From Candidatus Borrarchaeum weybense (GTDB taxonomy: Archaea > Asgardarchaeota > Sifarchaeia > Borrarchaeales > Borrarchaeaceae), in the NCBI GenBank assembly GCA_019057385.1, contig JAHQJS010000006.1, positions 645,038-709,037 on the forward strand: a stretch of DNA of 64,000 bases. Reading direction: 5' to 3'. The notes under the pieces are model-generated. The model was given only the letters and a program-made list of their open reading frames with translations. It had not been told where the DNA came from and did no database searches. Below, piece by piece: positions 1 through 8,781 of the stretch. Position 1 is the first letter of the stretch, and the number at the start of each line of letters is the position of its first letter. Made by a program: the position numbers and the translations under genes.

Positions 1-2
1 TC

Positions 3-221
3 TTGAGAGAAAACGCGCCTACCGCGTTCACAGCACAAGAGTTAGCAATGGAGTTCAATGTTTCCGTGTCGCTAATGAGGAATATTTTAGTTCCACTTTT
101 CATGGATAACGATGAAATCGAACGCTTAAGTGAGAAACGCTTTTACAAGTATAAATGCGTTGAAAAAACGACAGAAGGACAAGAACCCGAAACACAAGAA
201 GAAGTAATCACGACTACTTAA
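3..221 (+). CDS. Winged-helix DNA-binding protein (probably 5' truncated by window edge)
   Basis: FTAQELAMEFNVSVSLMRNIL HTH pattern; stop codon lies inside the 215-224 motif copy. Confidence 0.55.
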   Translation: MRENAPTAFTAQELAMEFNVSVSLMRNILVPLFMDNDEIERLSEKRFYKYKCVEKTTEGQEPETQEEVITTT

Positions 222-496
222 GTACTGACGTAAGTTCCACCCGAAAGATAAGTTCGTGTGGAAATAGACGTATATCTTTTAGCACGTTCGCAGAAATAAT
301 ATTCTCCTTAGTTTTTATGGGCGAGTGGACTCATACCTAACTCCCTATTATTTCGACTGGAGACCTATTTTTTAGGTTTTGTGTATTACTTTTTAAGTAT
401 CAAGAACTAATCCCTTATTTTTTCTTTTTCTCATCGGTTGTTAATTGCATTTTGGGAGATCGTAGAGGAGAGAGGAGATAAGAGAGTAAAATAAGT

Positions 497-540
497 GAGG
501 GGCTTTTCCCATTGTGGGATTGGCTACTAAAATCAGGAGG
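497..540 (+). promoter_or_regulatory. Structured 5' leader, copy 1 of 3 (others 1625-1666 and 3562-3618)
   Basis: GAGGGGCTT - variable hairpin - ACTAA - CAGGAGG Shine-Dalgarno, directly before a start codon in all three copies. Confidence 0.6.
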
Positions 541-547
541 AAACGCT

Positions 548-838
548 ATGGCAACACAAATTGAAGTTCCAAAATCCATGAATATATGGATGCGTATAGA
601 CGTTGCGTGTTGTGCAGACTTAACGAAAGAAGAAAACAAGTGTGCAATGTGCGGAGAATCTGATAAACGTCTCGCGGTGTTCGAGTTTAGGACAACGAGG
701 CATCATGGACACATTGACGACAAAGGATCTTCCTGGAATATTCCTTCGAGGGGCTTAATCTGTGAAGGATGTTCTAACGAGATCGAAATAGAGATCGTAC
801 AAGTGCTCAAGAAGTATCTGTGGCAAAAGGAGGACTAA
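548..838 (+). CDS. Small zinc-finger protein
   Basis: CAMC...CEGC; SD CAGGAGG favours ATG 548 over the track start at 512. Confidence 0.65.
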   Translation: MATQIEVPKSMNIWMRIDVACCADLTKEENKCAMCGESDKRLAVFEFRTTRHHGHIDDKGSSWNIPSRGLICEGCSNEIEIEIVQVLKKYLWQKED

Positions 839-1389
839 CATTGCCGATGATGAGTTTTACTGAATACAAGTTGCTACCAAATCTACTGCTGAGAACGAAA
901 TGTCAAACCATTCGACCAGAACGACTGAAATGGGACTTACATGTGGGTGACTTGGTCCATAATTACTGGGAGGTACGTCGCTCACTTGAAACAAAAATAA
1001 TTGCCGGGATTCCACACTTCTTAGGATTCTCACAGATTACATCGTTGTCCAAAAAACGAATTAAAGACATGGATGATGAAATAGCGAAGAAAGATGGCTT
1101 CAGTTCTTACAATGAGATGATAGAGTGGTTTACAAACAAGTACAAAAGAAGGTTTGGCGAACTCTACTTATTAGACATCCCTTTTCAGATTATTGAGTTC
1201 GACTGGTTACACGTCTTCATACCTGAATGGCAACACTATACGAGAGAAAAAATCTGGGAACTAAGACGCAAACACGTCAAGAAGAATAAGAAAGGCGGAG
1301 GCTACGTCTTTGTAGAAGAACCTACGCTGGAGGTCAAGATCAACAAAAGACCCACGCCATATAGCGGCGGCTACCCCATTCCGTTTTAA
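820..1389 (+). CDS. ASCH/PUA-like domain protein
   Basis: KCQTIR, VGD and DEIAKKDGF motifs typical of ASCH. Confidence 0.75.
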   Translation: MAKGGLTLPMMSFTEYKLLPNLLLRTKCQTIRPERLKWDLHVGDLVHNYWEVRRSLETKIIAGIPHFLGFSQITSLSKKRIKDMDDEIAKKDGFSSYNEMIEWFTNKYKRRFGELYLLDIPFQIIEFDWLHVFIPEWQHYTREKIWELRRKHVKKNKKGGGYVFVEEPTLEVKINKRPTPYSGGYPIPF

Positions 1390-1402
1390 AGTGGTGAACA
1401 CA

Positions 1403-1564
1403 ATGCGACAAAGACGAATAACCGAACTATATGCCACCCCTATCCAAGTAAAAGAACCATGCCCCATTTGTGGGGGTCGATTCATACCTGGATTTGCAAT
1501 GTGGTGGCCTCATACCCCACAAATACTGATTTGTACCTCGTGTTGTTTCATAAAGAACCTATAA
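1403..1564 (+). CDS. 53-aa zinc-finger protein (not in ORF track)
   Basis: MRQRRITELYATPIQVKEPCPICGG...ICTSC; GGTGA SD upstream, T-tract downstream. Confidence 0.6.
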   Translation: MRQRRITELYATPIQVKEPCPICGGRFIPGFAMWWPHTPQILICTSCCFIKNL

Positions 1565-1676
1565 TCCCTTTTTTTATTTTTTAATGAATATTCGTGACTA
1601 CTTAGGTAATTTCGTTCATTTTTAGAGGGGCTTCTTCTCCAGGAAGCTACTAATTTTCCCAGGAGGAAAATACACG

Positions 1677-3488
1677 GTGACTAAGATAAACGAGTCATTT
1701 AGACAAACGATTCGTAGGGCTATAAAAATAAAAATAGAGACAGAGAAAATCGACAAAGAAGAAGGCTTACCACAGACATTTGACAAAGTGCCTTACAAGT
1801 TCTTAAATGCGCTTTTAGACCTAAAACTGCCACCAGACCGACCTTTCATCTGGAAAGAAAACGAATCGAATTTACATTTGTACCCTTTCTTATTTGAGAA
1901 AGGACAGTTATCCATTGCTGGCCTTCGATGTCTGACGCTTATTGATGAATACATGAACTGTAAGACCGTACAGAAACCTAAAAAACTCAGAACTATTAAA
2001 ACAAGTCTTTTTTATAATATGTTCAAACCACTACTAAGTAGATTTGGACTGCTAACACCAAAACGGCTGACTACGAAGTGGACAGAAAATCAGTACAGTG
2101 CTGTGACGGGTACACTGAGCCAATTAGTTATGCTTGGTGCTTTAGGGATCAACTATGATGACATGATGATTAATAAGGACACCGACGTTAAATACCGCCT
2201 AGACTATCCTATATTTCGAGAGAAATACAAGGATAACGTAGTAAAGTACACTAAATTAACGGGGAGAAATTTTTGTGTGCTTACACCAGAGCACCTACAG
2301 AAGCCTTCGACACGGCAACCATTCAAAATACCAATAGTCTTCCTAGAAAAACGCGGTCAGTATGAAAACGCAATCAGCATAAGCAATCTATTCTCAGTCA
2401 GCATGTTTGCTACCAAAGGCATGTCACCGACCACTTTCCTGTGTCATCTTAATGAATACTTAGATGACCAGTATGACCATGTGCTGTTAGTAATTAGTGA
2501 CTACGACCCCAGTGGTGAAAAAGACATACCAAATTCATTGAAAAAACGCGCTGAAATTCTTGAAATGCCTATCAGTGAAGTTAAAAGGATAGGTATTTTC
2601 AGAGATCAAATAAGCGATAAAGAATATCTGGAAAAGAGAGTTCTTATACCTCTCTCAAAGAAAAAATGGATAGAAGAAAAAGCCATTGAGACTGAAGAAA
2701 TTGTTGAAAATAAGAAAACACATCTCTATGGGTACGGACTTCAAATGGATGCACTAGGCGAAGAACGGTTGCGGAAAATAGCAGCCGAAGGAGTACAAGA
2801 ATATTTATCACAGGAACTATATGTAGACTTCATTAAACAACAACAAAGAGATGAATTTAATGCATGGGAAGTTGTAAGTGGCATCGCAACATATATTTAC
2901 AACGTCGATCCTGTCATAGTTAATTTTGAAAGACAAATCACAGGAATCAAACACAGAATCTACAATCTGACAGACGAAAAAGATGAGAAGACATTAGATA
3001 TTAGATTAGCAGTGGAGAGCATAGAAGACGAACTACAACGACTTAAAGATGATTATTACTCAAAAATAGAACGTCTTAATGAACTTGCAGATGAAAGAAC
3101 TGCTGATTTAACTGTAGACATAGAAGTGCTGCGTGAAAAGAAACAAGAAAGAGTAGTGATGTCTGAAGAACATAAATACGACCTACAGGAACGTCTAAAA
3201 ATGATTGTAAAAACGCTTGCAAATATAGACGGGTATGATGACCGTATATGTGTAAAATCTATGGTAGAACAGGCTGTCAAAGACAATGAAACATTTAATC
3301 ATGGTCTTAAAATCGTAGACTTATATCCAAAACTAAAAAGTGACATTTCCAGAGACTTCAATCATCCTAACATCTGTCCATTTTGTAATACCGTATCTAA
3401 CTGTTATCTTGTGATAGACGGAAAACAAATACGGTATTGTGAAGACTGTGATACTGAAATCATAAAACTTAGTGATCTGTTAGCCTAA
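1677..3488 (+). CDS. TOPRIM-domain protein (Topo VI-A/Spo11/DUF2399-like) with coiled coil and C-terminal zinc ribbon
   Basis: VFLEK, ATKG, SDYDPSG and MDAL motifs; CPFC...CEDC at C-terminus. Confidence 0.75.
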   Translation: MTKINESFRQTIRRAIKIKIETEKIDKEEGLPQTFDKVPYKFLNALLDLKLPPDRPFIWKENESNLHLYPFLFEKGQLSIAGLRCLTLIDEYMNCKTVQKPKKLRTIKTSLFYNMFKPLLSRFGLLTPKRLTTKWTENQYSAVTGTLSQLVMLGALGINYDDMMINKDTDVKYRLDYPIFREKYKDNVVKYTKLTGRNFCVLTPEHLQKPSTRQPFKIPIVFLEKRGQYENAISISNLFSVSMFATKGMSPTTFLCHLNEYLDDQYDHVLLVISDYDPSGEKDIPNSLKKRAEILEMPISEVKRIGIFRDQISDKEYLEKRVLIPLSKKKWIEEKAIETEEIVENKKTHLYGYGLQMDALGEERLRKIAAEGVQEYLSQELYVDFIKQQQRDEFNAWEVVSGIATYIYNVDPVIVNFERQITGIKHRIYNLTDEKDEKTLDIRLAVESIEDELQRLKDDYYSKIERLNELADERTADLTVDIEVLREKKQERVVMSEEHKYDLQERLKMIVKTLANIDGYDDRICVKSMVEQAVKDNETFNHGLKIVDLYPKLKSDISRDFNHPNICPFCNTVSNCYLVIDGKQIRYCEDCDTEIIKLSDLLA

Positions 3489-3624
3489 GTACACAGATCA
3501 CATTTTGTATTTCCTTCTTTTTTTCCATATCTAACTACCTAAGTATTTTTGATTATTTTTGGAGGGGCTTATCTCCTGCTCTACAATTACAGGAGAAGGT
3601 CACTAATCTCCCAGGAGGAATACT

Positions 3625-3987
3625 ATGATCGTATGTGATGGCTGTGATGGCGAAATAGACATCACAGTTGAAAGATTCGTAGAAGAACTACAACCTACAG
3701 GCGAAGGAGAAAAAATGTGGCATGACCATTGTTATATCAAAGTTAAACCGAAAGCAAAACGAGGTAATATCATGCTTGTCAGAGATTATAGATTAAAATG
3801 GAGACAAATAGAACTTTGTACCAAAGAAAAGGAAGGATACTTCCCTTTATGGGCATCTCCTACACTTATGGGTATTGCAAAGCGATTACATAAATTAGCA
3901 GGATATACATGGCTAACAACTGAAAAATTTATAGAAACTGCGCTAATAGAAGGCTTGACATATTTCAAAAATAAATATGCTCAATAA
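3625..3987 (+). CDS. Hypothetical protein with N-terminal zinc finger
   Basis: CDGC...HDHC; strong SD. Confidence 0.6.
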   Translation: MIVCDGCDGEIDITVERFVEELQPTGEGEKMWHDHCYIKVKPKAKRGNIMLVRDYRLKWRQIELCTKEKEGYFPLWASPTLMGIAKRLHKLAGYTWLTTEKFIETALIEGLTYFKNKYAQ

Positions 3988-4134
3988 AACTTTCTTCTTT
4001 CATCAATAGAAGTCAAATTGACTTCTACTATGAAATCCTCAATTTTTTTTAGTGGATGTTCGTAAGTACCTAAGTAGTCGGAAAGCAATTGAGTTTTTAA
4101 AGTAAAAGAAAATATTAGTATACGGTGAGTCTCT

Positions 4135-4404
4135 ATGGAATTTGGATTTATTGTAGGTCTGTCTTATGCCGCTAAATACGTGCTAAAATATGCAATAACC
4201 AATCTTTTAAATACAGGCTTCAAAAGAAGAAATATTAAGCGCATATCTAGATTGAGTGACAAGAAAGTCTCAAAAGCTCTACAGAAATTAAAAGAGTATG
4301 GTCTAATCACATATGATCGCGGAACAAAAGAATGGTATCTTAGTGACACTGTAAGAATTGGTTCCGATATAATTCTCTCTAAACTTGTGGATATCACTCT
4401 TTAA
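4135..4404 (+). CDS. Winged-helix regulator (TrmB-like)
   Basis: ISRLSDKKVSKALQKLKEYGLI; bounded by motif copies at 4067 and 4446. Confidence 0.65.
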   Translation: MEFGFIVGLSYAAKYVLKYAITNLLNTGFKRRNIKRISRLSDKKVSKALQKLKEYGLITYDRGTKEWYLSDTVRIGSDIILSKLVDITL

Positions 4405-4489
4405 AACGAGAGCAGTGTTCCACGCTTTCCACTATCATTCAAAAGTACCTAAGTAGTCAGGAATAAAGTTTTAAAAAAATGAAGTGGAG

Positions 4490-5326
4490 TTAGGTATAAT
4501 CTCCTAAATTAACGAGTGTTTTTGATTTTCCCTGAAGGATTGAAAGTACTGTTTCTATGATTTCTGTGTCTTTGTAGGATTTCTTGACATATCTGTTAAA
4601 AACCGACGCCACTACTCTTGGATCTAACTCAAAGAAATACTCCACAAATGCCGTAAAGTATTTCCTTTCGGCATTACGATATCCTGAAATTCCAAATTCC
4701 TCAGCAAATTCTAACCATACTTGGCGGCCACTAAGCTTGTATTTGACGGCATACGTCCTAATGAGATTCTGAATTATGTAAGTATGCTGCGAGGTGAATT
4801 TTTGCTCGCCTTTGAGGTATTCAATCTGCTGATCGAGTTTCTTTTGAGTCTCTTGAATCTGAACAAACATGGTGCTAAACTTCTGTAAAAGAGGATTGCC
4901 TTTTAAAACCGCAGCGATATTCTCCGTAACTTGTGTGAGAACCTGGTTCTGTAGTTTGGTTACATCGTCTTGTGTTATTATCCTATGTTCACCAGTTCTA
5001 ACTTTGCTGATGTGTTCCATAATCCTGTTCATTTCAGTATTGTTCTTCAAAGCACGTACATAGAGCCTTAGTTGGTCAAGTGCTTCTGGAACTTTCAAAA
5101 ATAAACGTCTACGCCCTACTGAATTTTTCTTACTTTTCAAGAATTTTTTTATAAAAGGTGCGAAGATTTTCTTCTTTTTGTATAAATGGTTGGTGATTGT
5201 TTTATAGGGTACATTGGTATGGTACGCTATGGTTTCTAAACACCAAAACTCACCTTCAGGAGTCTGTATGCGTTTGTATTTCTTCCCATCAAGATCAAGG
5301 ATTTCTACTTTCTTTACTTCGTCCAT
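4490..5326 (-). CDS. Phage antirepressor-like protein (ORF6C-like C-terminus)
   Basis: Central coiled coil then VWLEFAEEFGISGYRNAERKYF resembling ORF6C. Confidence 0.55.
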   Translation of the reverse strand: MDEVKKVEILDLDGKKYKRIQTPEGEFWCLETIAYHTNVPYKTITNHLYKKKKIFAPFIKKFLKSKKNSVGRRRLFLKVPEALDQLRLYVRALKNNTEMNRIMEHISKVRTGEHRIITQDDVTKLQNQVLTQVTENIAAVLKGNPLLQKFSTMFVQIQETQKKLDQQIEYLKGEQKFTSQHTYIIQNLIRTYAVKYKLSGRQVWLEFAEEFGISGYRNAERKYFTAFVEYFFELDPRVVASVFNRYVKKSYKDTEIIETVLSILQGKSKTLVNLGDYT

Positions 5327-5332
5327 ATATGG

Positions 5333-5731
5333 TCACTTCCATTTCTCTAAATCTCCGCTGAATTCCAAACTCGTCCAATCTAACCAATCCCTGAGTTTTT
5401 GATGTCTCTTAGCGATATGCGTTTCACATTTAATGAACTTGCTTCCGTACCGATCCTCAGCGCATGGTTCATTACAGCCTGGTTCTCTGCAAATATCGGG
5501 CATGTTTAACAAGGCGAATCCTATTGTAATATTGACCAAGCAGTCTTGATTGTCACACTCATATTGACATACGTTGTAAAATGTGTCAATAAGTTCTTCT
5601 ACAGACATACCGAGTAATATTGCGTCCAGTAGCCTCTCGGGGTGTATATCCCAGTCTTCGAGATTTTTTACTACAGAGTCAATTACGTCAATCATTGACT
5701 CACCTTCAACTTCATTAAACCTAAAACTCAA
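5333..5731 (-). CDS. Cys-rich hypothetical protein
   Basis: ORF track; probable real start at the internal ATG after AGGTGA. Confidence 0.55.
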   Translation of the reverse strand: MSFRFNEVEGESMIDVIDSVVKNLEDWDIHPERLLDAILLGMSVEELIDTFYNVCQYECDNQDCLVNITIGFALLNMPDICREPGCNEPCAEDRYGSKFIKCETHIAKRHQKLRDWLDWTSLEFSGDLEKWK

Positions 5732-5846
5732 GTCCTAAAACTTGGTTACTAATTTATACAAGAAAACTATATAAACTTGGTGTCATTAGTGAGAAATATG
5801 GGAACAGTGCCACTATTTACACGGATAATAGAGTAGGTGAGTTCAG

Positions 5847-6005
5847 ATGGCAAAAGCATACACAAACAAAATTGGTGCTAAAAAGCGTGTTAGTTTACCA
5901 GATGAAGTCATGGACGCATTAGAGGCTAAAATAGGCGATACACTTGTGTTTGAAGTCTATGAAAATAATGAAGTAAAAATCAGGGTTCTAAAAGTCGAAG
6001 GATAA
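5847..6005 (+). CDS. AbrB/MazE/SpoVT family DNA-binding protein (not in ORF track)
   Basis: MAKAYTNKIGAKKRVSLPDEVMDALEAKIGDTLVFEV...; AGGTGA SD. Confidence 0.8.
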   Translation: MAKAYTNKIGAKKRVSLPDEVMDALEAKIGDTLVFEVYENNEVKIRVLKVEG

Positions 6006-6049
6006 GTGGTGCTTTCCCACTATGAACCAATACCCATGGAAGTGAGTGA

Positions 6050-6232
6050 ATGGCTCAAAAAAGTGAGAAAGTTTCACCTACAGACAACTGTAGGGTATGT
6101 GGAAATAAAAACGTTTCTCCCTTAGGTCTGTGTGAGGAATGTCACGACATCTTTACTGTAGTTGTCGTTGACTGCATACAGAACTATCAGGACGCCAAAC
6201 AAAATGCGAAGAGGGTTATGGCTTCACTGTAA
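6050..6232 (+). CDS. Small zinc-finger protein
   Basis: CRVC...CEEC. Confidence 0.55.
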   Translation: MAQKSEKVSPTDNCRVCGNKNVSPLGLCEECHDIFTVVVVDCIQNYQDAKQNAKRVMASL

Positions 6233-6259
6233 CTTTCTTCCGTTCTTTTTTTGATTGAT

Positions 6260-6313
6260 TGTTCGTGACTACTTAGGTAGTTAGGATGTTCGTGACTACT
6301 TAGGTAGTTAGGA
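6260..6313. repeat. Perfect 27-bp tandem duplication containing the motif
   Basis: tgttcgtgactacttaggtagttagga x2. Confidence 0.95.
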
Positions 6314-6410
6314 TTAGTGATTTCAAGAATTTGAAAATTTTGAAACTACTATCTAAGTAGAGGGATAAACTTATTTTGGAAATCCTGTGATATTTATAGG
6401 GGATGATTAG

Positions 6411-7595
6411 ATGCACCCCAGAACTAATGCTTCTGTTTTGACATTAATTGTTTTTGTGATCATTTCAGTGGTTATTCTCGTCTTAACTTTGAGTGTTGGG
6501 TTGTCTCTACCTCAGATTTTCGATATATTTCCTAAACTCATCTCTATATTTGCGTTTGTACTTGCATTTCTCGCCTTATATTATGCGCACTTAAAGGGGC
6601 CCGATATTGATCTGATTAACCAAAAAGAAATAAAATTCGAGTTAGTTGATATAAGTGATGACCCTAAAGAAATTCGGAACAAAAGCAATATTACAAGATC
6701 ATTACGGTTACAGCCTTTTACCTTAATTTTTGTTAATGAAGGAAGTAGAACAGGAGTTATTAAAAGATTAAAACTAACTTTCACACAAAGCAATGAGTTT
6801 AGTTCGTTCTATGTTAAGTTAGACCCTTCGTTTAAGAACCCTGATGTATCAGAAACTAAAACACCATTCCCTATTAAAAATGGCGAAGTTCGTCTTGTAA
6901 ACCTGGCGACTCGTATAGAAATTAAGAACTTTGATTCAGTTAAAGAAATAAATCTACCGAACAATATTGAAGATGCGGATGTTATCGCATTTATCAAGGA
7001 AGTAAATACGGCTAATAAAAGAAACCTTGAAGCTTTTATTAGTTTTCTCAGACGTCGTATGACTTTAGGGAGATGTTCTCTTCAGTGGAGTACTACGAAT
7101 CGTGAAGAAGAGACTGAATTAGATGTGACAGGCACCTATAATCAGATAATTGAGTGGTATAATAGTGCACTTCAAAAATATGACGAATTGCCCCCATCAG
7201 TTATTAAAAGAATAGACGATGTGAAAGAATTTCTAAAATCTCGTATCAGTACGTTAGAAAATAATTTGGACTATATTCGGGATTTTGAGAAGAGTCCACC
7301 TCTTGATCTACTTTTCAATAAACATAGATCCGAGGGATATTATCTCGTTTTAAAGTGGAAAAACAAATTAATAGGCGATCTTGAGAGCCTTAATACGTAT
7401 TTTATAAAATTTAATGATAAGCGAAGCGAATATTTTAGACGAGGACGTGACGAAATAATGAAACGACACCTTTTCAAAGATCTAGAAGAACAAAAAAACG
7501 AATTAGAGCCACAAATAAATGAGATACTGAAAGAATTAAAAGAAACTCACGATGCAATCCTTCACTCATTAAAACAATTGGAAATTAAAAAATAA
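6411..7595 (+). CDS. Membrane-anchored hypothetical protein
   Basis: Two N-terminal hydrophobic helices, helical C-terminus. Confidence 0.7.
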   Translation: MHPRTNASVLTLIVFVIISVVILVLTLSVGLSLPQIFDIFPKLISIFAFVLAFLALYYAHLKGPDIDLINQKEIKFELVDISDDPKEIRNKSNITRSLRLQPFTLIFVNEGSRTGVIKRLKLTFTQSNEFSSFYVKLDPSFKNPDVSETKTPFPIKNGEVRLVNLATRIEIKNFDSVKEINLPNNIEDADVIAFIKEVNTANKRNLEAFISFLRRRMTLGRCSLQWSTTNREEETELDVTGTYNQIIEWYNSALQKYDELPPSVIKRIDDVKEFLKSRISTLENNLDYIRDFEKSPPLDLLFNKHRSEGYYLVLKWKNKLIGDLESLNTYFIKFNDKRSEYFRRGRDEIMKRHLFKDLEEQKNELEPQINEILKELKETHDAILHSLKQLEIKK

Positions 7596-7791
7596 AACGT
7601 CTAAAGCGGAGATATTACACATAACATTGTAGAACAATTAATTCTAGAGGCACATAAAACCAATTTGAAAATTTTGAATTTGGTCGTTTTCTTACACAAA
7701 AAAGAGGTGTAAGGGGATTGTAAGAGAAAAGAGGTGTATGGCAAACAAAATCCTTCCTATGTACAAAACCCTTATTTTTAAGGGGATGTTC

Positions 7792-8076
7792 TCACCCATG
7801 CCTTTGTGTACGATCCTCATTTACTCCATGCTGGGAATGGTTCACTTCTGAGGAATAATGCAAAAAAGTTTTCTGCAGGTCTTCTTTTGAATACCACCCG
7901 GATTCGTAGGCCTCCACAGCTATATGGAGTAACTCAACTTTGGCGATGTTGTTTTCGTGATTGCCTTGTTCGTCAACATTATTCCAATAGAGAGAGAAAC
8001 AATCCTTAATGGTAGAAAGAGGGACTCCTCCTTGTAGGAATTTATTCAATTCGTTACATAATTCCGAATAGTGCAT
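7792..8076 (-). CDS. Hypothetical protein
   Basis: 94-aa ORF with GGGAG SD. Confidence 0.5.
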   Translation of the reverse strand: MHYSELCNELNKFLQGGVPLSTIKDCFSLYWNNVDEQGNHENNIAKVELLHIAVEAYESGWYSKEDLQKTFLHYSSEVNHSQHGVNEDRTQRHG

Positions 8077-8352
8077 GTCGTTCTCCCTTCCTCCTATGTT
8101 TCCAGTCTACGAATGTGTAGACCACGATCTAGTGCCCCAGCTTCGAGTGCGAATAGCAACTCTCTACCTGTCGACCATTACAACTGCTACCACTAAAAAG
8201 TCTTGAAAGTATGATAGTTCTTCTTTGAAAGAGTGTCTTAACTTCAGAGATTCTGTTTCGTCGTATGAACGATGTATTTACTTATTTATGTAATAGAACA
8301 CGCTTGTCGGTGTCTTAAATAGTTTGTAGAAAAATTCTACGCATATTCTAAG

Positions 8353-8462
8353 ATGGTACAAAAAGAGAAGTGTACCATTCGCGAAGTGAAGCAATTCGAG
8401 TGGCTGTTAGAGACCTGTTGAAGCGCGAAGTTTGGGAGAAGGGTGCGCCTCCAAGTTCCTGA
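8353..8462 (+). pseudogene. Remnant of a ribbon-helix-helix (CopG/NikR-like) gene
   Basis: YHSRSEAIRVAVRDLLKRE read out of frame with the upstream MVQKE segment; N-terminal strand missing. Confidence 0.5.
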
Positions 8463-8781
8463 CTTTTTCTAACAATTTATTTTTCTTAATTAATAATGGA
8501 TTCTCTGTAGAGGAGTTTATACATGATGACAGCCAAATTATTTCATTTAAATGTGGAACTGGAAAAGTTACGCCAATAATACTACCATATTCAACACCAG
8601 GATAACAATTTTACAAAAAAAGCAAAGTTTTTTTATAAATTGATATTTGCCTATAAATATTAGTTACGGTCTATTATTCCTTAAGACCGAGATATGACAT
8701 TGGTTATATTGCCAATGAGTTTAACAAGTTTGCTTAGCTTAAAATCCAAATAAATGAATAATTTGGCTTGTCAGTTGTTAT

